A DNA stretch of 64,000 bases from Mobula hypostoma (lineage: Eukaryota), in assembly GCF_963921235.1 (NCBI RefSeq), contig NC_086107.1, forward strand, positions 99,946,001 to 100,010,000, read 5' to 3'. Below are positions 40,101 to 49,650 of the stretch, in pieces; position 1 is the stretch's first letter, and each line of letters starts with the position of its first letter. The translations under genes and the position numbers were made by a program. Under the pieces are notes generated by a model. That model was given only the letters and a program-made list of their open reading frames with translations. It ran no database searches and was not told the origin of the DNA.

Positions 40101-43100
40101 TCACGGCACCTGGTCCATTCTCTGTCTCTCTCTCCCGCCTTCTCCCTCAAAACCCCAAGCATACAAATCTTCCAGATACACCAAAGTCATAACAACTATC
40201 CCAATTGATTCGTAACATCCTCTTATCACCCTCTAACCCACAACAAGCTGCTGGCACAAAGCTTTCTCAACGTTTAACATAACAAAGAAGCATTCCGGAG
40301 TATAACGTAACAAAGTAGCCATTTTAATTAGCCTCCGCAGTAACATAAAAGACGAAACCCCCTTACAAATAGAAACATAGAAAATAGGTGCAGGAGTAGG
40401 CCATTCGGCCCTTTGAGCCTGCACTGCCATTCAGTATGATCATGGCTGATCATCCAACTCACAACCCTGTACCTGCCTTCCCTCCATACCCCCTGATTCC
40501 TTTAACGCCACAAGGGCCATATCTAACTCCCTCTTAAATATAGCCAATGAACTGGCCTCAACTGTTTCCAGTGGCAGAGAATTCCACAGATTCACCACTC
40601 TCTGTGTGAAGAAGTTTTTCCTCATCTCGGTCCTAAAAAGCTTCCCCTTTATCCTTAAACTGTGACCCCTCGTTCTGGACTTCCCCAAGATCGGGAACAA
40701 TCTTCCTGCATCTAGCCTGTCCAATCCCTTTAGAATTTTATACATTTCAATAAGATCCCCCCTCAATCTTCTAAATTCCAGCGAGTATAAGCCTAATCAA
40801 TCCAGTCTTTCTTCATATGAAAGTCCTGCCATCCCAGGAATCAATCTGGTGAACCTTCTTCGTACTCCCTCTATAGCAAGAATGTCTAGAATCGAGTCGA
40901 GAGCTGGTGGGGTGGGGAACATGCTTGTAAGAAGGAAGTGGGTTTGAAAGCATTTTTTAAAAAAGTTTTCTGGCAAGGGTCTTGGATCGCCCAATTGTTA
41001 TCAGTGCACAGCAACTGGAAGTTGTGTGTTAGTGGAGATTATTGAAGATGAGGCTGGGTTGAGGTGTAACCCAGGGGAGGGGGAGTTTTCTGTACTCACT
41101 GGCTGTTAATGTTACTCCTGCTTTGGAATATTTAGGAATGCCACCGAGTTTGAATATTTGGAAGAGTATCCAATTGGAGTACTTCCGTATCTTTGGGAAA
41201 ACACTGGGAAGAATGTTGAAAACGGATTGTTCGTTATTAATTTGGAATATGGGAGCAACTTCTCCAAACCAGAGGCAGACGTTTTTCATCCTAGCCGTTC
41301 AGTGGGAGAGCCAAAGGATGCATGGCTCTCAAACTTCCTCCACCCTGTCATCTACTTCTACAGATGCCTCCCAACAGGTCAGTATTTCATTCTTTCCACC
41401 CTCTTTTGCTTCTTCAAAGACCCCTGAATGCCATGGCCTGTTTGCTGGCTCTCATGTTGACAATAGGTGTGTCAACTTTAGCAAGAGAACTACAGCTGTG
41501 GTTCCAGACACCACAGCACATGATTGACTGGAGCTCCAGGATATTGCCTGGGATTGAATGCTTCAGTTACTTGAAGAAATGGAATAGGCTAGATTTGTTT
41601 TCCTAGGAGCAAAGAAGGCTGAGGAAGGACCTGGTAGAGGTGTACAAAATTATATGAACAAACATGCTCTATGTAGTTTGAATTCTTTTCCAATAGCACT
41701 GGGATGCCTAAGACCGGAGGGAAAGAAGTTTTTCACCCAAAGGGTGGTTTCAATCTGGAAACATATTGCCTGAGGGGGAGTTGGAAGCAGGGACCATTAA
41801 AATGTTTAAGCATCTGGACAAGCACTTGAATTGTAAAGACAGCAGAATATGGAGCAAGTGTGGTCAGTGGGATTAGTACTTAATGATTGACATAAATGTG
41901 GTGGGTCCCAGGTGCCTGATCTGTGCAGTATGACTTTGTGAATCTTTGTGAGTGTTCAAGTTTCAAGAGGTCAGCTGGATCTTGTCTTGTTCTTCATGGC
42001 ATTAGAACTGATGGTGAAAGCCAACATGTTTACCCTGGACAGATCATTTAGCACAGAAACAGACCCTTCAGTCCAACACATCCATACTAACTAAGGTGCT
42101 CACAAAAGTGAGTCCCATTTTCCTCCATTTGGCTCATATACCATTGCTATCCATATACTTAATCAAATGTCTTTTAAACATCCATTATTGTACCCACTCC
42201 AACTACCTTTCTCTGGCAATTCATTCCACATACGCACTACACGCTGCATGAACAATTTGCTCCTCAGGTCCCTTTAAAATGTTTCCCTTCTTACCATAAA
42301 CCCCTGTCCTCTAGTCTTTGATTCCCTTTTCCTGGTAAAAATCTGTGTGCTTTCACCCCCATGTCCTTCCTGATTCTATACACCTCTATAAGGTCACCTC
42401 TCAATCTCCCCCGTTCCAAGGAATAAAGTCCTAGTCTGCCCAGCCTCTCCCTAACAACTCAGGCTCTTGAGCCCTGGCAATGTTCCTGTGAATCTCCTTT
42501 ACTCCTGTATCTTTCCAATTTAGTGTTGAAAGAACAAGGTGGCTAAAACTAAACACACTACTCCAAATGTGGCTTCACAAAATGTCTGCAGCGTAACATC
42601 CCAATGCCAGTACTCAGTGCACTGACTGTTGAAGGCCAGTGTGTCAAAAGCTTCCTTCACCACCATTTTCAGCAAATTATGTACCTGTATTCCTTAGTCC
42701 CTCTGTTACACAACACTGCCAGGGCCCTGCCATTCTCTATGTAAATCCTATCCTGGTTTGACTTCCCAAAGTACAATTCCTTGTACTTAACTGGATTGAT
42801 AGTCATTTGCTGATTCTGGACCCACTTGCCCAGCCAGTTGATCAAGATCTCCCTTATAATTTTTTGATAGCCTTCTTAACTGTCTACGATGCCCCCTAGT
42901 TTAGCATTATCAGCGAGCATATCAACCATGTCTCGTGCATTCATGTACAAATGATTTACAGTATATAAATAACAGGGAGTTCTGGGTGCAATGAGCTGGA
43001 GGTCCCAGGTATAGAGTCTCGCGCGGCATATGCAGTCTGCCCATGTGCCGGAAGTGCTGCCGGTCTGTGTTCGGAGAGCCCTCAGTGTGGTCTATGGCCA

Positions 43101-45395
43101 TGCAGTAACCCAGGAACATGGCTGATAGTGCGATCGTGCAGTGGGAGCTGATTCTAAACAGGCAGAGTAGATGCAGCTTGTCTTTTTTTTTGTTCACTTC
43201 CAGAGACAGAGATGATGCAAAGACCGAAGTTCTGGCCGCTGCCACGGCCGAGCTACATCCATCACATTGTAGAAGACTTCCTGACAGACTGGACAGCTGC
43301 CAAAGCTCACATTCTGCCCCTGCGACGCTTCCTGGAGACCTGCCTGGGCACTGACCTCAGAAACTTCTTTGCAGGTGTGACATCCTTTTGGAACAAAGGC
43401 ATTTCCTTACAAATAAATGCCTTTAACTCCAGGTGTTTGCCCCAGGCTGGGGACGATTCCTGTTTCTGTGAATGCATGCACTCTCGGAATCTGTAGCAAT
43501 AAGGAAACACAGGATGGGATGATGCGCCATCACAGCCAGGAGTCTTTGTGTCCTTGACTCCAGCTGTCCTCTACCTTCTGCTACCATCCTGCACCTTCTC
43601 AGGTGAGCTATCAGCATAGAACCTGGGCTGCAGGGTAGTCAAATGGGCTAGACTACGAAGTTCATTGTCTGGTCGACAGTGCTGAGGTAAGTTGGCAGGA
43701 CAATGCCCCTGTAGCAGAGCTTGTGAGGTTTGTGGGGGGGGGGTCACAGGGTGGGGTGCTTGTTAGGGTGGATGGGTCACATTGCTTCATGGAGTTCCAT
43801 GCTGTACCAGAGATCTTGACTTTGGCCACGTGGTTCGCAGTCACATCTTTATTCGCTGTGCCTTGGACGCAGTCTCAGTTGCCAGTATCTCAGCTGGTTC
43901 TCATTTACCAGTCCAGATGTGCCAGTATCTAATCTGCATCAGAACCATAATGCTGTACGATTTATTCCCCTGCTCACTGTTGCTTACCCTGATTAGTTTC
44001 CAAAAGTGCAGGGGTTCCCAACCTTGTTTATGCCATGGACCAATTACCATTAAGCAAGCGGTCTGTGGAAGCCCCTGCATTGGGAGGGTCTAGGACCAGA
44101 GGGCACAACCTCAGAACATAAGGACGCTCCTTTACAACAGAGATGAGGAGAAATTTCTTTAGCCATAGAGTGTGGGATTTATTGCCACTGATGGCTGTGG
44201 AGGTCGTCATTGGGTATACCTAAAGGAGTGGTCGATTAGTTCTGATTAATAAAAGTGTCAAAGGTTACAAGAAGAAGGCAGGAGAAAGGGGTTGAGAGAG
44301 AAAGTCAATCAGCCGTGATCGAATGGTGGAACAGGCTCATTGGGTTGAATGTCCTAATTCTGTTCCTATGTCTTATGGACTCTGGGCCCAGGTCAGATTG
44401 GGTAGTAAGCTGTGCAGTTTGCAGCTTTCATGATTTTTCTTCCATCAGCTTGCAGTTAGCAACATCTTCAGAGACTGGGTTGAGGGTTAAATGTTTCTGT
44501 GGATTGAGGATGTTGACAATGCATCTGGTGACATCTGCAAAGAGACTCCCTGGCAGAATCTGCTGGTGGTATAGAGGCTTACAATACTGGGGGAGGCCAT
44601 TCTGTCAGTCATGTCTTTGCTGAGGTTTTTCCTGTCCACCTCACATTTGGCCCATACCCATTGTGATATAAAGGAACAGGTGAAGAAGGTTCATTGCAAC
44701 AGACCTGTGCAGTAGTGGTAGAGCAAGTTGTTTAGTGTGCACTTGATTGGCAGAATCTGGTACAACCGAGCACGCATTCGCCGTTTTCCAGTTTCCTCCA
44801 CTCTGGCAATCGAGCTGTTCTGAGGTTTGCCAATTCCACACAGGTTAAGGATAAACTGTGTGGCTAAGCTGTGGTGTCTTTGTTGACTGTCAGCAATGAC
44901 CTAGAGGGAACTCTTCCCCCTCTGTCAGGTAAAGAGTTGACTCTTTATGTGCAGTCCTGAAAGAGTAGAGGTACTTCCTTGAGTTGAGATATTTAAAATC
45001 AATAAAGCCTTGGGCACAATTTTGAGCAACAGATTAGGATCCCTCTATGCCCTGACCAATATTTATTGATTGGTCAACATCATTAAAACCGATTTCCATG
45101 CCATTAATTACATAACTTTTGAGAGCTTGTAATTAATGTTTGCTACACTTCAGAAGTACTCAATTCATTGTAAATGGAGCATCTTGAGGTCGTAAAGAAC
45201 CCTTTGATAACACTGGGAAAGTCTCTTATTTGAAGAATGGATAGTTTTTGGATAAGAATGTGTGGTAACATTTCATTCCAACGAGTTTCCATTCTCCCTG
45301 CAGAATCCTGCTTCAAGTTTGCTTTAACCAGCCAGCATCTGCCACCCAGCTGTCACCATGGTTACTTAAACATGCAAGGGTTACTGGTCAACTAG
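7121..45395 (+). CDS. FOXRED2: FAD-dependent oxidoreductase domain-containing protein 2 (ERFAD), spliced gene. CDS join(7147..7679,11318..11569,21388..21672,24408..24574,30890..31055,41136..41377,43204..43374,45304..45395), 635 aa
   Basis: Eight exons with GT/AG boundaries and matching phases (2,2,2,1,2,1,1), totalling 1908 nt = 636 codons including TAG. The product has a signal peptide, the FAD motif VIGAGPSG, a second dinucleotide motif [10 protein letters not shown], and blocks recognisable as FOXRED2 ([43 protein letters not shown]). A splice acceptor at 7119-7120 implies an upstream non-coding exon, which I did not locate. Confidence 0.96.
7147..7679 (+). CDS. FOXRED2: FOXRED2 coding exon 1 (exon starts at 7121): signal peptide and FAD-binding Rossmann motif
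   Basis: Acceptor tctttctctttcatttccag at 7101-7120; ATG in agcATGg context; MAASWIRC...[11 protein letters not shown]...HHYRC; donor AG|gtatgg at 7680. Confidence 0.96.
8465..9900 (-). mobile_element. Old degraded LINE (CR1/L2 group)
   Basis: Decayed RT-like ORF remnants on the minus strand; boundaries approximate. Confidence 0.5.
9339..9401 (+). mobile_element. Very short 5'-truncated retroposed 3' end (L1-type)
   Basis: AATAAA followed by an A-rich (AAAG)n tail; 11-bp TSD GATTGGTCTCC at 9328-9338 and 9402-9412. Confidence 0.8.
9930..10350 (+). mobile_element. Rex1/L2-group LINE 3' fragment
   Basis: C-terminal [25 protein letters not shown] motif followed by the shared AT-rich 3' UTR. 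Confidence 0.7.
11318..11569 (+). CDS. FOXRED2: FOXRED2 coding exon 2
   Basis: Long pyrimidine tract ending in ccag; (S)[27 protein letters not shown]...[10 protein letters not shown]...THYVGDL(R); donor gtaagt at 11570. Confidence 0.97.
14017..14215 (-). mobile_element. SINE with an RTE/BovB-like 3' tail
   Basis: gttcagtcgttaagtcgagcccaactcttcgtgacctcatggac resembles the BovB/Bov-A 3' end; B-box-like gagttcaaacc on the minus strand near 14160-14170. Confidence 0.6.
14441..14729 (-). mobile_element. tRNA-derived SINE with an RTE-type tail
   Basis: Minus-strand head with A box TGGTCAAGTGG and B box GTTCGAGCC; 10-bp TSD CATTGTTGCA (14431-14440, 14730-14739). Confidence 0.88.
15495..15780 (-). 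mobile_element. tRNA-derived V/HE1-like SINE
   Basis: Minus-strand head ggtggcatgatagtgtagtggttagc...gggttcaaatccc; central ggtgctctggtttcctcccacagtcc domain. Confidence 0.82.
16123..16355. mobile_element. Young Penelope-derived mini-insertion, palindromic, with an intact minus-strand minimal hammerhead motif (16226-16261)
   Basis: 15-bp TSD TAAAAGTTTTACAGA (16108-16122, 16356-16370); two ~90-bp inverted arms. Confidence 0.88.
16226..16261 (-). ncRNA. Minimal type I hammerhead ribozyme motif
   Basis: Minus strand reads AGUC-CUGACGA-AGGGUCUCGGCCU-GAAAC-GUC^GACU. Confidence 0.75.
16851..17043 (+). mobile_element. Young Penelope-derived mini-insertion with a partial 5' inversion; hammerhead motif at 16907-16940 has core CUGACAA (G8 changed)
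   Basis: 13-bp TSD TCTGGTACCAGTA (16838-16850, 17044-17056). Confidence 0.88.
18763..19710 (-). mobile_element. Non-autonomous, internally deleted Rex1/Babar-like LINE derivative with a (CTAT)n tail
   Basis: 5' region plus APE N-terminus ([39 protein letters not shown]) joined directly to the last ORF codons ([15 protein letters not shown]) and a microsatellite tail. Confidence 0.82.
19961..20057 (+). mobile_element. Young Penelope-derived mini-insertion; hammerhead core intact but the 5' stem-I strand is missing
   Basis: CTGACGA AGGGTCTCAGCCT GAAACGTC GACTG; 11-bp TSD TGAACTGTATC (19950-19960, 20058-20068). Confidence 0.87.
20125..20238 (-). mobile_element. Young Penelope-derived mini-insertion with filler DNA at one junction
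   Basis: 14-bp TSD CTGCTCATATTATA (20111-20124, 20239-20252); truncated inside the hammerhead core. Confidence 0.85.
21029..21367 (+). mobile_element. Non-coding retroposon 3' portion with a (TGAACCTT)-type tail, ending ~20 nt upstream of FOXRED2 coding exon 3
   Basis: Ends attaaatgtacctttgaaccttt; a related end (aataaatgaacctttgaaccttt) lies at ~38600-38620. Confidence 0.7.
21388..21672 (+). CDS. FOXRED2: FOXRED2 coding exon 3
   Basis: Acceptor tcttcag; [20 protein letters not shown]...[19 protein letters not shown]; donor gtaagt at 21673. Confidence 0.96.
21968..22047. mobile_element. 80-bp hAT-type MITE
   Basis: TIRs CAGGGGTTCCCAGCC / GGTTGGGAACCCCTG; 8-bp TSD AACTAGAG. Confidence 0.92.
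22619..22759 (+). mobile_element. Young Penelope-derived mini-insertion carrying an intact sense-strand minimal hammerhead motif
   Basis: 14-bp TSD CAGAAACATAAACT (22605-22618, 22760-22773). Confidence 0.9.
22626..22659 (+). ncRNA. Minimal type I hammerhead ribozyme motif (Penelope-associated, predicted dimer-dependent)
   Basis: GUC-CUGACGA-AGG(GUCUCGG)CCU-GAAAC-GUC^GAC: complete catalytic core, stem I GUC/GAC, short stem II, and a loopless stem III containing the ACGU palindrome. Confidence 0.75.
23063..23129. mobile_element. Tiny Tc1-like MITE / inverted repeat heading a composite repeat
   Basis: ta|cagtactgtgcaaagccttaggcac...gtccctaagacctttgcacaatactg|ta. Confidence 0.7.
23526..23714. 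mobile_element. 189-bp hAT-type MITE (CpG-rich, young)
   Basis: TIRs CAGTGGTCCCCAGCCTCCGGGCCGCGGA / TCCGCGGCCTGGAGGTTGGGGACCACTG; 8-bp TSD CAGTACTG. Confidence 0.92.
24408..24574 (+). CDS. FOXRED2: FOXRED2 coding exon 4
   Basis: Acceptor cccaacag; LTKLQRG...[10 protein letters not shown]...[23 protein letters not shown]; donor gtatgt at 24575. Confidence 0.95.
24628..24970 (-). mobile_element. SINE-like element with RTE/BovB-related segments
   Basis: Segment ttcctggcaaatttctctacagaattggtttgctattgccttcttc resembles Sauria-SINE/BovB-derived sequence. Confidence 0.55.
25470..25868 (+). mobile_element. CR1 LINE RT fragment
   Basis: [45 protein letters not shown]. Confidence 0.85.
25869..26345 (+). 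mobile_element. Penelope-like element 3' fragment
   Basis: Same sequence family as 5190-5660, including a degenerate hammerhead-bearing terminal repeat. Confidence 0.75.
27130..29140 (+). mobile_element. Rex1/Babar-like LINE, internally deleted and degenerate
   Basis: APE motifs [36 protein letters not shown] remnant PPQGC; C-terminal [15 protein letters not shown]...[16 protein letters not shown]. Confidence 0.85.
29760..30630 (+). mobile_element. CR1 LINE 3' fragment
   Basis: [38 protein letters not shown]. Confidence 0.9.
30890..31055 (+). CDS. FOXRED2: FOXRED2 coding exon 5 (absent from the ORF track)
   Basis: Manual translation after ttccaccag gives [55 protein letters not shown](K); donor gtgagt at 31056. 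Confidence 0.96.
31175..31825 (-). mobile_element. CR1 LINE 3' fragment split by an RTE insertion
   Basis: [11 protein letters not shown] / [14 protein letters not shown] is contiguous across the insertion. Confidence 0.85.
31400..31666 (-). mobile_element. 5'-truncated RTE-clade LINE 3' end
   Basis: AADRTMWRQ...[23 protein letters not shown] zinc finger; GA-rich tail; 10-bp TSD CAGATTCACC (31390-31399, 31667-31676). Confidence 0.85.
32648..36437 (-). pseudogene. L1 ORF2 (APE endonuclease + RT + CCHC) with one nonsense codon and one +1 frameshift
   Basis: [61 protein letters not shown] at 35298-35300 is in frame with the downstream ORF, and an extra A lies at ~33960. Confidence 0.95.
36800..37777 (-). 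CDS. L1 ORF1p (coiled coil + RRM + CTD), open, 325 aa
   Basis: Heptad region followed by [32 protein letters not shown] and LYPARLRV motifs. Confidence 0.93.
   Translation of the reverse strand: MMSKNKNKMSASKADKYKEMQQGEGPSSPTASQDGDNEGESVTLSLILGEIREFRQDNSKQLEDIKGEIVKTNSRIDEAEARIVGIEEKLQNAEEVIAEMLKLQDQLQWKLIDQEGHSRRENVRIYGVPEGKPGLMIPFVEKLLRENLDIPAAKDLKIERAHRALAPQPPAGAQPRSILIRFLSYRTKEEVLKRAWQKEGFMWNNCKISLDHDYALGILARRKEYTETRRVLKENNIRFQTLYPARLRVFYDEGTKTYATVEEATSDLADRGLPIKVITQPESLLERIRQKSWQLVGRGRSTRNRVSNYKEKLQIFRRKCTENTD
39670..40367. mobile_element. Solo LTR (698 bp)
   Basis: TGTA...TACA termini; 4-bp TSD AATA (39666-39669, 40368-40371); no internal coding sequence. Confidence 0.82.
40370..40886 (-). 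mobile_element. CR1 LINE 3' fragment
   Basis: [47 protein letters not shown]; (TTCTATG)-type tail. Confidence 0.9.
41136..41377 (+). CDS. FOXRED2: FOXRED2 coding exon 6
   Basis: Acceptor atttag; [12 protein letters not shown]...LFVINLEYG...[16 protein letters not shown]; donor gtcagt at 41378. Confidence 0.95.
41540..42960. mobile_element. Two degraded CR1 3' fragments (41540-41940 on +, 42045-42960 on -)
   Basis: Decayed RLDLFSLEQRRLR and FFTQRVV..WN motifs in opposite orientations. Confidence 0.7.
43204..43374 (+). CDS. FOXRED2: FOXRED2 coding exon 7
   Basis: Poly-T tract ending in ccag; [32 protein letters not shown]...[22 protein letters not shown]; donor gtgtga at 43375. Confidence 0.96.
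44009..44380 (+). mobile_element. 80-bp-family MITE (44009-44078) followed by a CR1 3' fragment
   Basis: caggggttcccaacc...cccctg, then [21 protein letters not shown]. Confidence 0.75.
45304..45395 (+). CDS. FOXRED2: FOXRED2 last coding exon (absent from the ORF track), ending at an early TAG
   Basis: Acceptor tctccctgcag; [33 protein letters not shown] at 45393-45395. Confidence 0.92.
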
Positions 45396-48300
45396 AACGT
45401 GCGGCACACTCACAGGGTTGAGGAAATGGACTGTCCTTCTCACGACACCGTCTCTGTCGAGGAACACTCACACCAGAGCTTGTCCAACGAGCAGAGGGAG
45501 AAGCCCTTAGCCACAGTGATTACCTGAGCAACAGAATGATTCGAGGAGTTGCGACGTAGTGGTCTATCCACCAGTGTACCTCAGCCAGGTGAGGCCCAAG
45601 TGCACTCACAGTTTCTCCAGTACCTTACAGCTCTACTCTTTAAAGCTAAACTTCTGTATAGTAAAGCATTATGCTGCAAGTAAGGGAACTTCAAAGCAAA
45701 AGCAGATCATGCTGGAATCACTCAGCAGGTCTGGCGACATCAGCAGAACCCAACCCAGCTACTATACTCTCCCTAGACAGCTTGCTAGACCTGTTTAGAT
45801 TTTATGCAATGTAATGTAACATTTATACATGAATTATCAAGCCAAAAAAATATTTATTCATTTAACAGGGAGACTGTTTTTACATTATTGGATTCGCTAC
45901 TCACTGGGGCTTTCCTGAAACATTTTTTAAAGAAGTTTTTTATTGTAGGTGTGATAGATTTTTGTTTGCATGATAGACTTTTGTATTCAAGTCACTCCTG
46001 GTATTAAAAAATTTTTTAACGTAGGACTTGCGTGACATATGGCTGATCCGTTAGTGTTGCTAGTTGGTGTATAGTGATGATCTGGCTTTAACCTAAAGTC
46101 ACTAAAGGAACTTGGGCATTATCGCAGTTCTGTGTGGGCATGCCTGTTCGGTATTTTCTGCATTCCATCAGGGACTGTACTTCATGTGGTTTTGGAAGGC
46201 ACAAATGAATGCAAGTCATTTCTTGTTTCTGAGTTGGGGCTTGTTTTTATTCGTGACTGGAGGCCTTGTACGACAGGCTTGCTGGAACCGTGGCTGAGTT
46301 CAGCTCAGACTGGTGCTTGTAAACAACATGCAGAGCAAAGGAGCAGTCAGACAGACCTGGACTTGCCACCTCTCCTTCGCTGTATCTCATCCAAAGAAAA
46401 AGAACTGTAATGCCACGAGATTCCTGCAGAGGGTGCAACTGAGCTATTGTCATTAGTGGACATGGGTAAATTCTGAGCCACATGCCAAATAATCTACTGG
46501 CAGGAATGAATCAGTGGAGACTTGGCAAATAGAACGGGGTGTAAAAGGCCTCAGGAAGTCACGTCAGTCAGAGGAAAAGGTAGCAGGACAGCAAAAGCAA
46601 CTGAATAAATGTGTTTTGGACCAAAAGAAACCAAAGAGTCAGTATACAGGCAGTGGGAAGATGTTGCAGTGTGCATGAATCAAAAGGCCAAGGGACTGAA
46701 ATATATAATCCCCAAAGGTGAGAGTGTGGATGACCAACAGAATCGGAAGCTCTACTCCAAGTAAAAACTGGGCAGAATGCTCCTTGTATTGCTTGCAAAG
46801 TCAGCAACTGTGTAAATCACAGAGACTTGAGAGAGATTCATTCAGACAGAGGCCCTCCCTGATCTGTAATTTCTGTCAACCCAACCTACAAAGAGGTGTT
46901 GTCATCCTGGGGGCGGGGGGGGCAGACGGAGGTTTTTTTTCCTCACCTTGGGCTTAGTTTCCAAACTTATCAGCACAGTGGAATCCTGGGCTGCAATCAA
47001 TCACCTCCTGGGCATCTTTCCCAGTACAGGCACCGTGCCCTTCCTTACATTCTCAGACCCTGCTGGCCTCGTGGTTTTCAACATGTTTGGATTTGTTTTC
47101 CCCTATTTTCCTTGTCTGCTCGCTTTTCCTGTGGCTCACATTGTTCCAGGCTCTGCGTGTATGATTCATTGCCTTTAAGTCATTCACAGTCAGGTCAGAC
47201 TGTTTCTTTTGTTCCATTATGATCTTATACACTCCATTTAATCAGTACAATCCTCAGTAAGGGTATGAAGTCTCGCTGGATTCTGCAAAAAGGAAGTCCA
47301 CCTGTTTGCTCCCCACTGCCTGCAGACGGTGTAAATGTGATTGCAGGTTGAATCTTGTGACAAAAGGAGGACGAGCTGCATCCTGACATGGTGCTGGACG
47401 ATGCTCAGTGCTGTGTCACTGGGTAAACGTCAGGGAACTGATGCTGGATGACATCCCAGCCACATGGTGTGCTTCACTAGCGCAGTGTTCCTTACAGGAT
47501 ATGTCTACACCGTTCTCCTGTCTAGTACGTTTTCCTCTCCAGTCCCCCTGCCCCACCCTATTACTTTCATTTTCTGCTCTCCGCTCGAGGGCCTTTCACC
47601 AATGCTCCTTTACCAATGTTCCCTCTAATGGCAACAGTGCGCAAAAAATCTTGCGCTGTGCAATTTTTTGCCCAGTGACAACAACATGTGCGCACTGAAT
47701 TTTTAAGTGGAAGTAAACCTAAAGCTAATCCAAGGATAATAAACTACAAATTCCAGTTTGTTTAAAAGAAATGAAATAACTGTCAATAAGAACTTTGATC
47801 AGGATTCAACCCAAGTCTCTGTTGCTGTGAGTTTATACCAAGAGAGCTCACACTAAGTTTGGTTAATGTTTTCCAGTAACCAAACTTGAATCAGCTGACT
47901 CCAGCCGCTGCAAGCTGGGCCCCGTGGCAGTGGGGAACGCCTTCACCTTCAGAGTGTGATTGTTTACACTGTCATGGGCTCCGTGAGATAGCAGAACAAA
48001 CACTCTCTAACTTCCTGATCTGCTGAGAGTTAAGCAAAAGATTACTTGTTGCATACACCTGTTAGGGTGCATTCTCCAGTTACCTTATAAGGTAACTGCA
48101 ACAATGCATGTTAATCTCAAAAGCTAAATCTTGGCGCGGACCCAATATAATGACTGTAGCAATGGAGGGCTGCGCCCACCTGTCTTCCACTGCTGCTCGT
48201 CCCTGTGGCTTCATGGGATACAGCTTGCCTTGGAGAAGACAAAGCTGAGAGTGATTTAGTATTAATATTCAGAATCCTGCAAGGTTTTGCCCCCTCACAA

Positions 48301-49029
48301 CAACTCTCCAGTAAGTCTTTCAGTATTTCCACGAAAATAATTTAACTCTCATTTGGAAGTTGCTGTTGAATCATCTTTGATAACTCCTCCAGGCAGCACA
48401 ATCCAGATCATAACCTGTTATGAGAAAGTATTCTCAATTGCACAGCGAGTAGAGCTGCTGCCTGACAACATTAGAGACCTGATCTCCAGTCTGTGAGTTT
48501 CCTCTGGTGCTCCAGTATCATCCCACGTCCCAAAGGCGTGCAGGCTGCTCACTCTAAATTGTCCTTAGTGTGTCAGTGCTGGTAACTAGATGTGATGAGA
48601 ATAAAAACTGGGATTAACGTAGAATTAGCATATTAGTAATATAGATGGTTGGCATAGATTTGAAGGGCCTGCTTCTCTACTGTAAATCTCTGTCTCTGTC
48701 TGATAATTAATACAATCTACTGGCCACACTGTGGGTCATCAGTGCCCTGACTACAAGTCAGTGGCCCACATGAAGCTTGTTGCTGTCAGCCACAACAGTG
48801 AGAACGTTTCAGAATTCGGGGGGTGGGTGGACAATCTGGCACAAAGTCCCCACCTCTGGCCACCCACTGACTCCTGCTGCCAAGTGCACGCGGCAGGCAA
48901 GGGCTGCATTCGGGTCTCAATGTAAAAATGCCTCCATTGTCCCTGCCACCATGGCTTCCCTCCCCCTCCCCACATCCCAAAGATAATGCAGGTTGGTAGG
49001 TTAATTGGCCTCTGTAAAATTCCCCTGGG

Positions 49030-49062
49030 GTGTGTGTGTGGGTGTGTGTGCGTGTGTGTGTG
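49030..49062. repeat. (GT)n microsatellite within a SINE 3' region
   Basis: Imperfect GT run. Confidence 0.85.
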
Positions 49063-49309
49063 TCTGGGGTAGAACCTGAGAAATGAGAAAATACAAATGG
49101 GGTTAAACTCGGATCAGGGTAAAAGTGTTGATTGTCAACGTGGACTCGATGGGGGTCTAAATCGTGCTGGGGTGGCCTGCCCGCTAGCTTGATCTTTTGA
49201 GTCTTGGTTGTTGACCATCCTGTCATACCCTTAATGGGGGTTCTGGATATCATAGGGAAATTTCCCCTTTTCCCTGCTGCAGAAGCCTAGCTCTTGGAGT
49301 AAAAAAAAC

Positions 49310-49650
49310 TTGTTTCCCTCTCACACCTTCTCTTCTTACATGCTCATCACCCCCCTCTGGTGCTCCTCTGCCTTCCCTTTCTTCCATTGTATAGTGTCCT
49401 CTCCTATCAGATCCCCCCTTCTCCAGCCCTGTATCTCATCCACCACTCAACTTCCCAGCTCATTACTTCAATCCCCTCCCCCTCCCCTAGTTTCACTATC
49501 ACCTGCCACCTTGTACTTCTTCCTCCCCTCACCACCTTCTTCCCTTCCTTTTCCAGTCCTGAGGAAGGGTCTCGGCCTGAACCATCCAGTGTTTACTCTT
49601 TTCCATAGGTGCTGCCTGGCCTGCTGAGTTCCTCCAGCATTGTGTGTGTG
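49310..49650 (+). mobile_element. Penelope-like element 3' fragment
   Basis: Pyrimidine-rich tract plus a terminal repeat with a degenerate hammerhead (cagtcctgaggaagggtctcggcctgaacc). Confidence 0.78.

Noticed and set aside
45393..45527. Programmed stop-codon readthrough of FOXRED2
   Set aside because: The context TAG-AAC is not a known leaky motif, and readthrough would end at TGA 45525 (..ATVIT) without reaching the EEL remnant.
46003..46610. FOXRED2 polyadenylation site (ATTAAA 46003 or AATAAA ~46604)
   Set aside because: The candidates cannot be distinguished without transcript data.
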